This document shows positions 27,701-41,840 of a stretch of 64,000 bases of DNA, piece after piece; position 1 is the first letter of the stretch; every line of letters begins with the position of its first letter. Position numbers and translations under genes: made by a program. Location of the stretch: assembly GCA_964016885.1 (NCBI GenBank), contig OZ024746.1, positions 7,316,001-7,380,000 on the forward strand. The letters run 5' to 3'. The DNA is from Eledone cirrhosa. Taxonomy: Eukaryota. The notes under the pieces are model-generated. The model was not told where the DNA came from, made no database searches, and saw nothing but the letters and a program-made list of their open reading frames with translations.

Positions 27701-30700
27701 GGCTTAGTGGTTAGAGAATTGAATACACAATTATGAGGTTGTGAGTTTGATTCCTGAACTGGGAATGACTCAATTCCAACTTAAAATGTTGGAAATTGTG
27801 AAATACTTCATAATTTAAAAATTACCTTCTTAAAAGGTGGCCATTCTTCATCAGCTTCTCCTCCTGAATTATCTGCTGGAGAACTTTCTCCACTAAAGAT
27901 GTTAGCAGTACTAAGCTTGTACAGGAATGTAAGACTTGTGGTTGAAGCATCCCAGAAACGAATCGTGCCATCTTCATGCCTGGAATAGAAATCATTATGT
28001 TATATAATCACATACATAACGTATAGAGTGAGTAAAAGAGGAAATGTGTCATGCCTGAACAAGTATCCTCCACCTCTTAGTCTCAACTGACAGGATGGAG
28101 AATACATTGTCTGGAAGACGGTCAGGGAGATATGCTGGAATAGCCACTCCACCTCACATTATATAATTATTTTTCTTTCAAATTATAAAATATATTTTAA
28201 AAAACTTGGACCCAGGATTGACCCCCCGCCCCCACAAGAATTGCTGTGTTACATGCTATGGCCCTTAATTCCTGATGGAATCATAGCATAGTGTTAAGGG
28301 TACCATCATGATGTTTTAAAACCATGCAGAACCTATTGTTCTCTAGGTCAGGACACCATCAATATTTTCAGAAAAATAGAGACAGAAGTGAAACAAAAGA
28401 AATATAGTGGAAGAATCACCCTCAGTATTAAACTGGTATTTCACTAACCTCGGTGTCAGACAAAGTTGTCCAAGGCAGGATTTGAACTCAAGAGTGTAGA
28501 ATGCCAGAAGAAATACTGCAATGTTCTAACAACTTCGCCATTCATAAGAATTACTCAAGGTAATTCTTGTGATTAAAGAGTTGAAGGAAAGTAAAGCCAG
28601 TTTATATGTCATCATCATCATGTATATATATAGAGAGTGTGAAGGTGTAATGGTCAGGATGCTTGACTTTCGATCATAATGTTGTGTTTGATTCTTGGAC
28701 TGGGTTGTGTTCAGTTTGTGTCAAAAGACAAAAATTCTCTGCACTTGATATGACTGTAAGCAGGATAGAAACCACTCGGCCTGTCTAGGTCAGTAGCCCA
28801 ATTCAGTACTGACTTAATCTATGAAGACATGCCCAACCCTTGCTAGCAGGGAAAGTGGACATTAAATAATGATGAAGACACGTCCAACCCTTGCTAGCAG
28901 GGAAAGTGGACATTAAATAATGATGATAATGATGAAAGCTACAATCTATAAATTAATAGCCAAGAGGTTGAAATACGATGTTTGAACAGCTGGTACATGG
29001 CACCAGATGTGTAAACATATCTGACTAATACAGACATGAAACAGCACAACAGATGTGCTGACATATATTTGATTAATACAGTTCTGTAGGAGCAAGACAC
29101 GGTCCCCTGACCTGACTTGTTTCAAATAGGACAACATGGGTGGCGTGGAGAGGGGAGACTGGTATGTATAGGTGACTGCTGGTTTTCCACAAACAACCTT
29201 GCCTGGACTTGTGCCTTAGAGGGGGGAACATTCTAGGCCCAAATCCCATGGTCCTTTGTGACTGAAGGGGGTGTTTACTCTTACCCTTTGGTCACAAATG
29301 GGATTAAAACCCTCAGCCATCATCCAAGAGTCTTTCATTAAGTTATGTTCTAAACATTAGTTTCATCAATAAGTTATTTGTTTCAGTAAATCTCTTAAAT
29401 TCTTGATTTACTTTTTTCAAAATGAATTGAAACACAGCAGCTAGTGTATTTCCTGAGATAACGGGGTTGTGAGTTGAACCCTATTAACAACTAAGACTCA
29501 TACTTTCCCTTGTGTAGGGTACATCACTATTGCCCAACTATCAGTCTTTAATTCATGTGACATGCTAACCTTAGTAAGATAATATCATCATCATCATCAA
29601 TTTACGTCCATTTTTCCATGCTGGCATGGGTTGGACAGAACATTGTTACAATTAGATTTTATAGAAAGTAGGAAAGGGCTTCAGGCCAGCCCCGTAACCT
29701 CTTCTTTGCTTGGTAATTCATGTTAAGGGATGTTTGTCTTAAAACTAAAAGGACATGAAATTATAATGTGGAAAGTGTAAGAAGGCTAATGTCAAATGGT
29801 AAGATGAAGGTAACCAAAAAGTTACCTGGTAAGCTTTTTTTTTTTTTTGTCTGCAGAGAAAAACGTTCTGGTCCATTTGCTTTGAAATTAGATTTTAATT
29901 TAATTTTTCTCAGAGTTCCCTATACTCTGACGAAGTGAATTTTAAGTCCAAAAATATTAGGTTGAAAGAAAAAAAAAAAGATTACTAGGTAACTTTTTCG
30001 TTACCTTCACCTTACCATCCATTCTTACATATATCACTTTCCACATATTATATACACAAGTAATTACAACATTTTATTATTTACCCAGTCAATAACAGAT
30101 CCCTGGTTAATGTTTCAGAACCAACAATTTTGCCGCCATCAATAGGCCAACTCTGAAAAATAACAAACACATACACATATATTAATGTTGCATTATTATA
30201 CATATTGGCATAGAAACATGCAATGTCAACATTATAAACAGTGGAGCACTGCCAATAAAAATGGTTTTTGATTTAGGCACAAAGCCGACAATTTTAGGGG
30301 AAAGTGGATTAAATCAACCCCAGTACATTACTGGTACTTTATTTTATCGACCCCGTAAGGATGAAAGGCAAAGCTAACCTCGGTGGCATTTGAACTCAGA
30401 ATGTAAAGGGCCATAGCTATATGCCACAAAGCATATTGTCCGACACTACCAATCCACCTCCCTTTTGCCAATAATAATGAAAACAATAGCATTGAATGTA
30501 TTTAATTTTTGGCGTCAAGGATTGGTATACCATATATACCAGGATTGTTGGAATTGAAATAGAAGATTCACTAATATTTTTGACTATAATATAGTCTAAT
30601 AATAAGACGTATAAAGCCACTGAAAGGAATAAGATGGGTATCAGCAGACCATGTTATTCCATTCAGTCGGTTTATATGCCCCATTATTAGACTATATTAC

Positions 30701-32581
30701 ATAGTCAGTATTTCGGTGAAGCTTTAGTCTAAACTTCACTTGCTGTCTTCCAAACATATTTCCAGGATTACTGGACATACAAACTGGAAAATTTGCAATT
30801 TGATAAATTTATGGTTTGCATAAAAGAAACCCTACAGTTTATGTTGCTTACAGACACGCAGAAGTGATTAAATGTATGGGAACTTTTCAACTATTTACAG
30901 GGATGTAGGGTTAGAATCCTGGACATTGTATGTGTACAACTTAAGAGTTCCACACAAAGATAAACAAAGTTGGCATATTACGGTTGATGAAGATTTATTT
31001 TCCTTATTAACAGCATAAAGAAGAGTATCAAGAATAGATTAAATGTACATTTATATGTCTTATTAAAGATTGTCATTACTCTATACTCTTTCCATGGTTG
31101 AGGCCATGTTGGGGCATTGCCAGAGATTTTACACAAACTTTAATATTTGCAATCATTATACAAGTCCTAACCAATTTGTTATTCGACATCTAAACATTTT
31201 TCAATATATATAGTTATATATTCACTGAACAATCATATCTCAATAACTTAAATATACATAAAAATATGTTAATAGAAAATAGCTATGAATTCTCTGCCAC
31301 AAAAACTATGAAAAGGTTTTGGGTAACACACTTACCCTATTGGAAAATTTTCCAACCTGAGTCTCCCCTGCATCAATGATTTTTTGCCATAATTGTTCAG
31401 GTACATTGTTAACATGGTATGAACAGGTAATAGCAGAAGAGTGTAAACTGTTTAAATAGGGGAGTTTGAAAGCAGGCCAGTTGGAAGAGCCCAAGTCAAT
31501 TACAACAATTTCTTCATGAACCAAAACAACTAAAGCATGAGGCTCATCATATTCTGAAATGGAAACCAGTGTTAACAAACATTTCTCTAGGACATTTCAC
31601 TTACAATTAAATTAACTCTTTCATGACCACATTTCTAATGAAATACCCTCAATTTTAATTAATCAATGAACAATTTTGAGGGATTTACTAAAATTATTAA
31701 TTATTTCATTAAGGTTCCTATATAAAATTACATTTGGGAGATTTTAATATAAATTGGAAACCTTTAAATGGGTGGTTTTATTTCATAGAGCCAGAGCTGA
31801 TTTAGGCTGGGTTAAATATGATGGAATACTATTTCTAACACTGAACACAACATTTTTTTTCAATTTCATTAACCGAGGCAAGTTAAACAAGTTTCTCAAC
31901 ACTTTCAACCTAGTTCCTTAACCATTTATCATTCTAGGATTTTCATCAATTTAAAAAAAATATTTTCCTCAGCAGATATGATGGAAGACATATATATCTA
32001 TATATACTGAATTTAACTGCATATATATTTATACATTCTTAATTCAATGTCATATTTATAGACAGAGTGTATTGGGTGTATTTTATTGTGGCATGAACCC
32101 GATATATATATACACACATAAAAACACACATGTATACATACATATATACACGCACACAAATGTAAGATGATCAATTGCCTTAACTTGAATGTAAATACAA
32201 CCAAATTAAAGCCATCCATGAACACGTGCAAACCTACATTTAACCTATACACACATACATATATATATCATATATACACATATACATATATATATCATAT
32301 ATACACACATACATACATATATCATATACACACATATACATATATATATACACACATATACATATATACACACATACATACCTATATATATCATATATAT
32401 ACACACACATACATATATATATCATATATACACACACACATACATATGTATCATATATACACACACATACATATATATATACACATACATATATGATATA
32501 TATACACATATATATATCATCATATACACACACACATACATATATATCATATACACACACATCCATACATGTATATATATC

Positions 32582-32615
<34 letters not shown>

Positions 32616-35600
32616 CATCATATATATACACACATCATCATCATTTTACGTCCACTTTTCCCTGCTTGCAAGGGTGGGATGGGTCCTATTCAGCACAGTA
32701 TCTTTCCACTTGTCACGGTCTTTTGTCATCTCCTCTGTGAGCTTCAGCGATCTGAAGTCTGCTCTCACCACCTCCACCCATGTTTTTCATGGTCTTCCTT
32801 TACATCTTCCTTCAACTGGCATTTCTTGGCACTTCTTCACCCAATCGATCATCCTCCATGCACATCACATGTCCATACCATCGCAGTCTTCTCTCCCGCA
32901 CACTACAACTTATCCCTCTCAGACACAGTTTCTCTATCAACACATCCATGCTCGGTCGTTCACGCATATTGACATTGCACACATATATATACTAACCCAG
33001 CCAGCCAGAGGCCAGTAATCCAACAAGAATATAAGTGACCCACAACACAAAAGATACCTTGTCTACCAACCCAGCCAGACAGCGGCCAGTAATCCAACAT
33101 AACAATATAATTGACTAAGAACAAAAGATACCTTGTCTACCATTTTCTTTGTCTTCTTCATCAGCTCTTGTAATGCTGATAAAATCAATAACTTTTGAAG
33201 TGAAATCAAACACCACATGATTCTCTTCCTGCATTACGGTGACTGTGTGCTTATCTCCATAGCTAGCACGTGGCATGCCACCCGAAAATATGTAAAACGA
33301 ACCACTATGGCAGGATAAAAGACACACAAAGAATAATATTATGGTTTGGTTTAAATAACAAAATTGGTAAAACAATTTCTAACAGAACAGCTTCAATAAA
33401 AACACAACTTTGATCTGAAGGGAGAGTGGTGAAGATCATGGAATTTGCCAACCAAGACCTCATCTAGGACCCTACACCTTTGACCTTTCTAGAAAGTAAT
33501 GGGTGTCCCTTAATCAGATCCACACAACACATGCCAGGATAACCTAACATGTGACTGTGGGGACCTTGATCAGACAGTGCTGCATGTTGTTCAGGATTGC
33601 TCCCTTAGGTGTTTTCCCAGTGGCCTGGAGGCAATTTATAAAATTACAAATGACACCTTAGTCTGGCTCACCAATCTCCATCTGTCTAACTATTGCGTAT
33701 GTCATGTGACAAGAAGAATAAAAAAACAAAACCGAAAGGTGAATAAAATGATTATAAAGGATTAATATATTTTAAGAAAAAGAACATTTTATAAAGTCTA
33801 TGGTTTTTCCATTAAAATCCTTACTTCATAGTAGCTTCATATGATGTCATCTTTATTTTCCAGATATATCTACACACACATTCACTGCCATTCATTACCT
33901 AGAGACAAGTCAAATCAGGTGACCATGTCTTGCTCATACAAAACTGTTTCTGGGTTGGTTTCTAAGGCTGGATATCCTTCCTAACACCACTTTACACCAT
34001 CTACTAGGTGTGTTTATCATGTAGAACACCAACACTAGGGAAGCTGCCTTTAACTAAGGGGTTCTCCCAACCCTTGGTTTTGGAAAGATTTCTACAGCTT
34101 AACATTTATAAAGAACAAAATTCACTTACGATTTTGAGGATTTCCATTGAATTTTACTGATAGCTTTACAAGGAAACGGTCCTAGAATGGAAAAGACAAA
34201 TATCTGTGAAAGAACATCTAAAAGAGACTTATTAAAAGTGGCTTCAATTAAAATTTCTTATAATGATACAAATAATTAACTATGTAAATTTAATCACCAG
34301 CCTCATAATACTGTTAGTACAGCAGGAAATTACCATATAGTACACCACCATAGTGTCAGACACTACACCACCACAGTGTCAGACACTACACCACCACAGT
34401 GTCAGACACTACACCACCACAGTGTCAGACACTACACCACCAGTGTCAGACACTACACCACCAGTGTCAGACACTACACCACCACAGTGTCAGACACTAC
34501 ACCACCACAGTGTCAGACACGACACCACCACAGTGTCAGACACGACACCACCACAGTGTCAGACACGACACCACCACAGTGTCAGACACTACACCACCAG
34601 TGTCAGACACGACACCACCACAGTGTCAGACACGACACCACCACAGTGTCAGACACTACACCATCACAGTGTCAGACACTACACCATCACAGTGCCAGAC
34701 ACTACACCACCACAGTGTCAGACACTACACCACCAGTGTCAGACACTACACCACCACAGTGTCAGACACTACACCACCACAGTGTCTGACACTACACCAC
34801 CACAGTGTCTGAAACTACACCACCACAGTGTCTGAAACTACACCACCACCACAGTGTCTGACACTACACCACCAGTGCCAGACACTACACCACCACAGTG
34901 CCAGACACTACACCACCACAGTGCCAGACACTACACCACCACAGTGCCAGACACTACACCACCACAGTGCCAGACACTACACCACCACAGTGTCTGACAC
35001 TACACCACCACAGTGTCTGACACTACACCACCAGTGTCAGACACGACACCACCACGGTGTCAGACACTACACCACCACGGTGTCAGACACTACACCACCA
35101 GTGTCAGACACGACACCACCACAGTGTCAGACACTACACCACCAGTGTCTGACACTACACCACCACAGTGTCAGACACTACACCACAGTGTCTGACACTA
35201 CACCATCAGTGTCAGACACTACACCACCAGGGTCTGACACTACACCACCAGTGTCAGACACTACACCACCACCACAGTGTCAGACACTATACCACCACAG
35301 TGTCAGACACGACACCACCACAGTGTCAGACACGACACCACCACAGTGTCTGACACTACACCACCAGTGTCTGACACTACACCACCACAGTGTCTGACAC
35401 TACACCACCACAGTGTCAGACACTACACCACCACAGTGTCAGACACTACACCACCACAGTGTCAGACACTACACCACCACAGTGTCAGACACTACACCAC
35501 CACAGTGTCAGACACTACACCACCACAGTGTCTGACACTACACCACCACAGTGTCAGACACTACACCACCACAGTGTCAGACACTACACCACCACAGTGT

Positions 35601-38600
35601 CAGACACTACACCACCACAGTGTCAGACACTACACCACCACAGTGTCTGACACTACACCACCACAGTGTCAGACACTACACCACCACAGTGTCTGACACT
35701 ACACCACCACAGTGTCAGACACTACACCACCACAGTGTCAGACACTACACCACCACAGTGTCAGACACTACACCACCACAGTGTCAGACACTACACCACC
35801 ACAGTGTCAGACACTACACCACCACAGTGTCTGACACTACACCACCACAGTGTCAGACACTACACCACCACAGGATCTGACACTACCTATTACTGCCAAT
35901 CCACCACCCTAGCTTTAGATTAGATATAATAATTGTTTCTACTTTTGGCACAAGGCCAGCAATTATCCCAGTGTATTACTGGTACTTTATTTTATTGACC
36001 CCGTAAGGATGAAAGGCAGAGTTAACTTCGGCGGGATTTGAACTCAGAATGGCAAGGGTCGTAACTATGTGTCAAAGCATGCTGTCCGACCCTCTACCGA
36101 TAGTGCCAAGGTATAATAATAATAATATAGAACTTACCATAAGGTGTTGTCGAAGACTCTTTTGGTGATGAAGACTCCTCAGTACTCCATTTTAGATAGC
36201 TGCCATCTGCATGAGCTGTAATGAAGTCAGTTCCATTACGGTGCCAGTCTAGACTTTCTAGTTGTTGGCTTGCATTGTAAGTATGGTCAGCATTGTTTAA
36301 CTTATTGTCCCATACAACTATATAACCACGATTGAATCCAATAAGAAACTAGAAAACAAAAACAAAACAATACAATAAATATGACTTCCAAGCTGAATTA
36401 CTAGACACCATCATTGTAGAGCTAATAACTGTTTCTACTTTTGGCACAAGGCCAGCAGTTACCCAGTACATTACTGGTACTTTATTTTATCGACCCCGTA
36501 AGGATGAAAGGCAAAGTTAACCTCGGCGGGATTTGAACTCAGTCCGTAAAGGGACGTAACTGTGCTACAAAGCATGGCGTCCAACCCTCTACTGATACTG
36601 CCAATTCACCACCCTCTTTGTAGAGCTAATAATGTCTACTGTCTAGTTTTAATTACTTAATAATTGGTGTCTGTATGTGTGTGTGTTTGTATGTGTATGT
36701 GTGTGTGTTTGTATGTGTATGTGTGTGTGTTTGTATGTGTATGTGTGTGTTTGTATGTGTATGTGTGTGTATGTGTATGTGTGTATGGGCTTATAACTCC
36801 TGATGGAGTCATAGTAATAGTGACATATTTTATCTCATGGTGGAGCAGCCCATCTCCTCCCCATGGCTGAACACAGCTGATTTCTTCCAGAGAAGGGGAG
36901 AGAGGAGGGAGGGGAGAGAGGGGAGGGGGGATCATGAGAGAGGGAGCGAGAGAAGGATAGAGGGGTCGAGAGAGAGGGGACAAGAGAAGGAGAGAGCGCG
37001 GGGGCGAGAGAAGGAGAGAGGGGGGGGGGGGGGGGCGAGAGAAGGAGAGCGGGAGGGGGCGATAGGAGAGAGAGAAAGGGTGCGAGAGGAGAGAGCGAGG
37101 GTGCGAGAGAAGGAGAGTGAGAGGGTGCGAGAGAAGGAGAGCGAGAGGGTGCGAGAGAAGGAGAGCGAGAGGGGGCAGGAGGAGAGAGAGAGAGGGGGCA
37201 AGAGGAGAGAGAGAGAGGAGGCAAGAGTAAGAAAGAGATATAGAGGAAGAATTGACCCCAGCACTGGACTTTTTTTTATATTGACCATGGCAGGATTTGA
37301 ACTGAGAGAGCAGAGTGTGAATACCGCAGAACATTCTGACGTTCTAACAACTCTGTTCACTGCCTCGTTAATAGTTTATTAGTAAATATCAAAATACCTT
37401 GTCAGGATTGGTGGGATGAATAGCAATAGACTCAACAGCACCAGGGTTTGATGTCACTTCAGGCATACTATAATTGTAACAACAACATGTTATAAACAAC
37501 TTCATTACATTGTCTTATCATCATCATCATCATCATCATCATTTTACGTCCGTTTTTCCCTGCTTGCAAGGGTGGGACGGGAACTGATTCTGGCTTAATT
37601 TCTACAGCTGGATGCCCTTCCTAACACCAACCTCATTTACAGCGAGTGCTGGGTGCTTTTTTGCCGTGGCACCTCCACGACCACTTTGCAGTGGAATGAT
37701 AGGGACCCCAGTTCCTATCATCTCATTTCTACAGCTGAGTAAACTGGAGCAATGTGAAATAAAGTGTCTTGCTCAAGGAAACAACACATCATTGTCTTAT
37801 ATTCATACACACTAATAAATTCTGTTACTATGAAACAGTTAAAATTGATTAAAACTGATTAAAGAATAACAACTGCAGTTTGACAAAACATTAGTAAATG
37901 GAATTGATTTAGCAAACTTCCACTATAAAGGACTCACCACCACCACCTATATTTAACGGTCCCTTTCCCTGTTAGCAAGGGTTGGACAGGTCTACATTGA
38001 CCAAGTCAGTACTGAAGCAGGGCTACTGTCTTCCAACTGCTTACGCATGGTCATTATCGAGTGCGGAGGTGAAGTTGTGTCTTTTGACACAAACTAGAGG
38101 ATCCTCCTAACTGAAAAGAAGGTAATAACCCTGAAGTATCATGTTGAAATATACTGGGTAAAATATTGTTTTATTTGTGATCATTTGCCCTTTCTATATT
38201 TCTACCACATTGTACCAGCTTTTTATTACATATCTTTTAAAGCTTCATAAAAACTATACTACTTTAAAGTAATTACATTATGTAGTAGATTCTGCACAGC
38301 CTAAAATGACTCCTGAACAAATATAGAGTATATATAAACAATATATTCATTAGTAACATCAAAGAAGATAGAGAACGTGAATATGGACTATGAATGACAA
38401 AAGCTTGACGTGACCTACTGAGCTTTGATTCAGATATAACTGATTTGTAAATCGTTATGCCACAACTAACAGTCCAACTTGATATGTTTAATATAATCAG
38501 GTAAGACTTAGTCTCAATAGCTTTCAACACACACAGAACAATAGATGAAGAATTAAGCAGCAGAAATCAAACAAATAACCTGCAATTTGATTTAGTAAGT

Positions 38601-41600
38601 AATGCATATTGTTGATGGTTGCCGGGTGCAGAATTTCCAAGTGGAAGAAGGTTGTGGAAGTGGAAGACCAAAAAAGACATAGGCAGAGGTGGTGAAAGTC
38701 AACTTCAAGAAACTACACTATACACAAAGATGATGACAAAGGAAAGAAACAAATGGGGAGATGCTGTACTGGAGGGGGCTGGTCTAACTCATGCTGTACT
38801 AGAGGGGACTGGTCTAACTGTACTGGGGAGACTGGTCTAACCCATGGTGTACTAGAGGGGACTGGTCTAACCCATGCTGTACTAGAGAGGACTGGTCTAA
38901 CCCATTCTGTACTAGAGGGGACTGGTCTAACCCATGCTGTACTAGAGAGGACTGGTCTAACCCATGCTGTACTAGAGAGGACTGGTCTAACCCATGCTTA
39001 CTAGAGGGGACTGGTCTAACCCATGCTTACTAGGAATGACTGGTCTAACTCATGCAAGCATGGAAAAACAAATGTAAAAACAAGGGCATCCAGCTGTAAA
39101 AAACTTGCCAGACAAAAGGTGGAGTGAACCTATCAGCTGTGTCAAGGACATGACAACCTCCCTAGTGTTAGTCATTTATACGACAAATGCACCCAGTACA
39201 CACTGTAAAGTGTGTTGGTGATAGGAAGGGCATCCTGCCATAGAAATCTTGCCAAACAAATGGTTGGGAGGACCTTTAGTTATGTCAAAGGCATGACAAT
39301 CTCTCCTGAGCACTTGGTGTAACATCAACCACACAAAGTGAGACATAGATCTCTGGCCCACCTGGGTACTGACATGGTTTATATAGACCTGTCCAACCAT
39401 CACTAGTAGGGAAAGTGGACATTAAAATGACTGATGATAAATGATAACGTTCTGATTGAACCAATAATGTATTTGAAAAACAGTAAAATTTTAAGAAACT
39501 GATATTGGCATTAGGAAGGGCATCTAGCTGTATATACCCTGTCTAAAACCTCTATATATACCCTGTCTAAAACCTCTATATATACCCTGTCTAAAACATC
39601 TGTATATACCCTGTCTAAAACATCTATATATACCCTGTCTAAAACATCTATATATACCCAGTCTAAAACACCTCTATATATACCCAGTCTAAAACATCTA
39701 TATATATCCTGTCTAAAACATCTATATATACCCTGTCTAAAACATCTGTATATACCCTGTCTAAAACATCTATATATATCCTGTCTAAAACATCTATATA
39801 TACCCAGTCTAAAACATCTATATATATCCTGTCTAAAACATCTATATATACCCAGTCTAAAACATCTATATATACCCAGTCTAAAACATCTATATATATC
39901 CTGTCTAAAACATCTATATATACCCAGTCTAAAACATCTATATATACCCAGTCTAAAACATCTATATATATCCTGTCTAAAACATCTATATATACCCAGT
40001 CTAAAACACCTCTATATATACCCAGTCTAAAACATCTATATATACCCAGTCTAAAACATCTATATATACCCAGTCTAAAACACCTCTATATATACCCAGT
40101 CTAAAACCTCTATATATACCCTGTCTAAAACATCTGTATATATCCTGTCTAAAACATCTATATATACCCAGTCTAAAACACCTCTATATATACCCAGTCT
40201 AAAACATCTATATATACCCAGTCTAAAACATCTATATATACCCAGTCTAAAACACCTCTATATATACCCAGTCTAAAACACCTCTATATATACCCATTAA
40301 AATGTCGTCACCTGACTGGTCTAGTCTCAGAATGTGACACCTCATCTATCCCATGACAATAAAGAAAATAGATGCTAAACAGTGATGATATGTTACCTGT
40401 TGTATTTAGATCAATAGAATAATAATAATGTTTTCTTTATTAACCACAAGGGTTGACACAAAGTATAGCATTAAGGACAATACAGGACGGTACAGGTGGG
40501 CGTTTCTGAGTGTAAAAACAAATACATAAAACAAAGGTAAATTCCCCAATAGATGGGGGGAGAGTCCTCTGAGGCTCACTTGTGGAGAAAGTCCACAAAA
40601 AAAGCAACGTTAACCCTGACCACCAGGTCAAGTGCTCTCTCCCAGTTTTCCACCTCCAATCTACAGGCCCATTAACTGGGGGCCATGTTCGCCCACGCAT
40701 CTTTCAAAATAAAGGTTGTAATTGAAATATTTTCTCTCCCCATTTACCTTTGCATAACAACATCCTGGCTGATGATTTGCTCCATAAGTGTAAAAGTGTT
40801 CACTTCCAAAACATGAATATTTCCTCCCTCGGTACCAATAAGTAACTTATCACCATTCAGCGTTAAACAGCAAGTTGAGATAGTCTTCAGTTTGCTAAAA
40901 ATAAATCATGTTAGAATATTAGAACATCTTAAATGATATAATTCATAGATTTCCCAGATTTCCCATTGGCCTAAGAATGCTGCCATCAATCTAATCCAAA
41001 CCTTCTATCTACGAAGTTCAGCTGAAAAGTTCATAGGCCGACTATGAAGGAGTGATGCTAGAGCTGTGAAATCTTACATGTATTAATTTCAACTCTTTGT
41101 ATTAATAATAACTACATTGTTTCTTTCCAAGGACTATGTTGAAAAATAAACCTCATTTGATTATTCCATGAGAGTATCTTGGTCAGCCTATGAACTTTTT
41201 AGCCGACCCTCATAAATTCAACTCATTATTTAGGGTCAATAATGGGACCCCTTTTAATTATAGTCTTGTATACTTTATTTTGACTGTTTTGTTTACATAT
41301 TTAGACAAAGTGATAATTCTTAAGTCAACATAAATATAAAATTGCCATTTCCATTTTACTGGAAGAGAATTAGAAACAGTGTAAAATTCTGGCAACATTT
41401 ATTGCAAATATCAAAATTTATGGGACAAAAAAAAATATTAATCTACTTATAAATAATATCCTTTATTTTATATTTAAAGATTAAAGGAGAGGAATCAATG
41501 TAACATTGATATTGATAAGTAAAACTAGGTTAGAAATATTTTAATAGTCTCCAAAATGGCTGAATACACGTGTGTTTCTGTCTCACCTTTCTGTCCCTTC

Positions 41601-41769
41601 CTCTTCTCACTCTTTATCTTTCTATCTTATCCTTTTTTTTTTTTAATTCTATCTTCTGATGAAGGACTTGTGTCCAACATGTTAAGACTCTTTCTCTGTT
41701 ATTTCAAGCTTTAAACCAATATGTTTCTTCAATGTACTGTGTTGTTTGATTTATTTCTGTTTACGTTTT

Positions 41770-41840
<71 letters not shown>

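Noticed and set aside
36657-37382. Ser/Leu/Pro- and Arg/Glu-rich ORFs
   Set aside because: GA-rich low-complexity expansion inside a repeat element.
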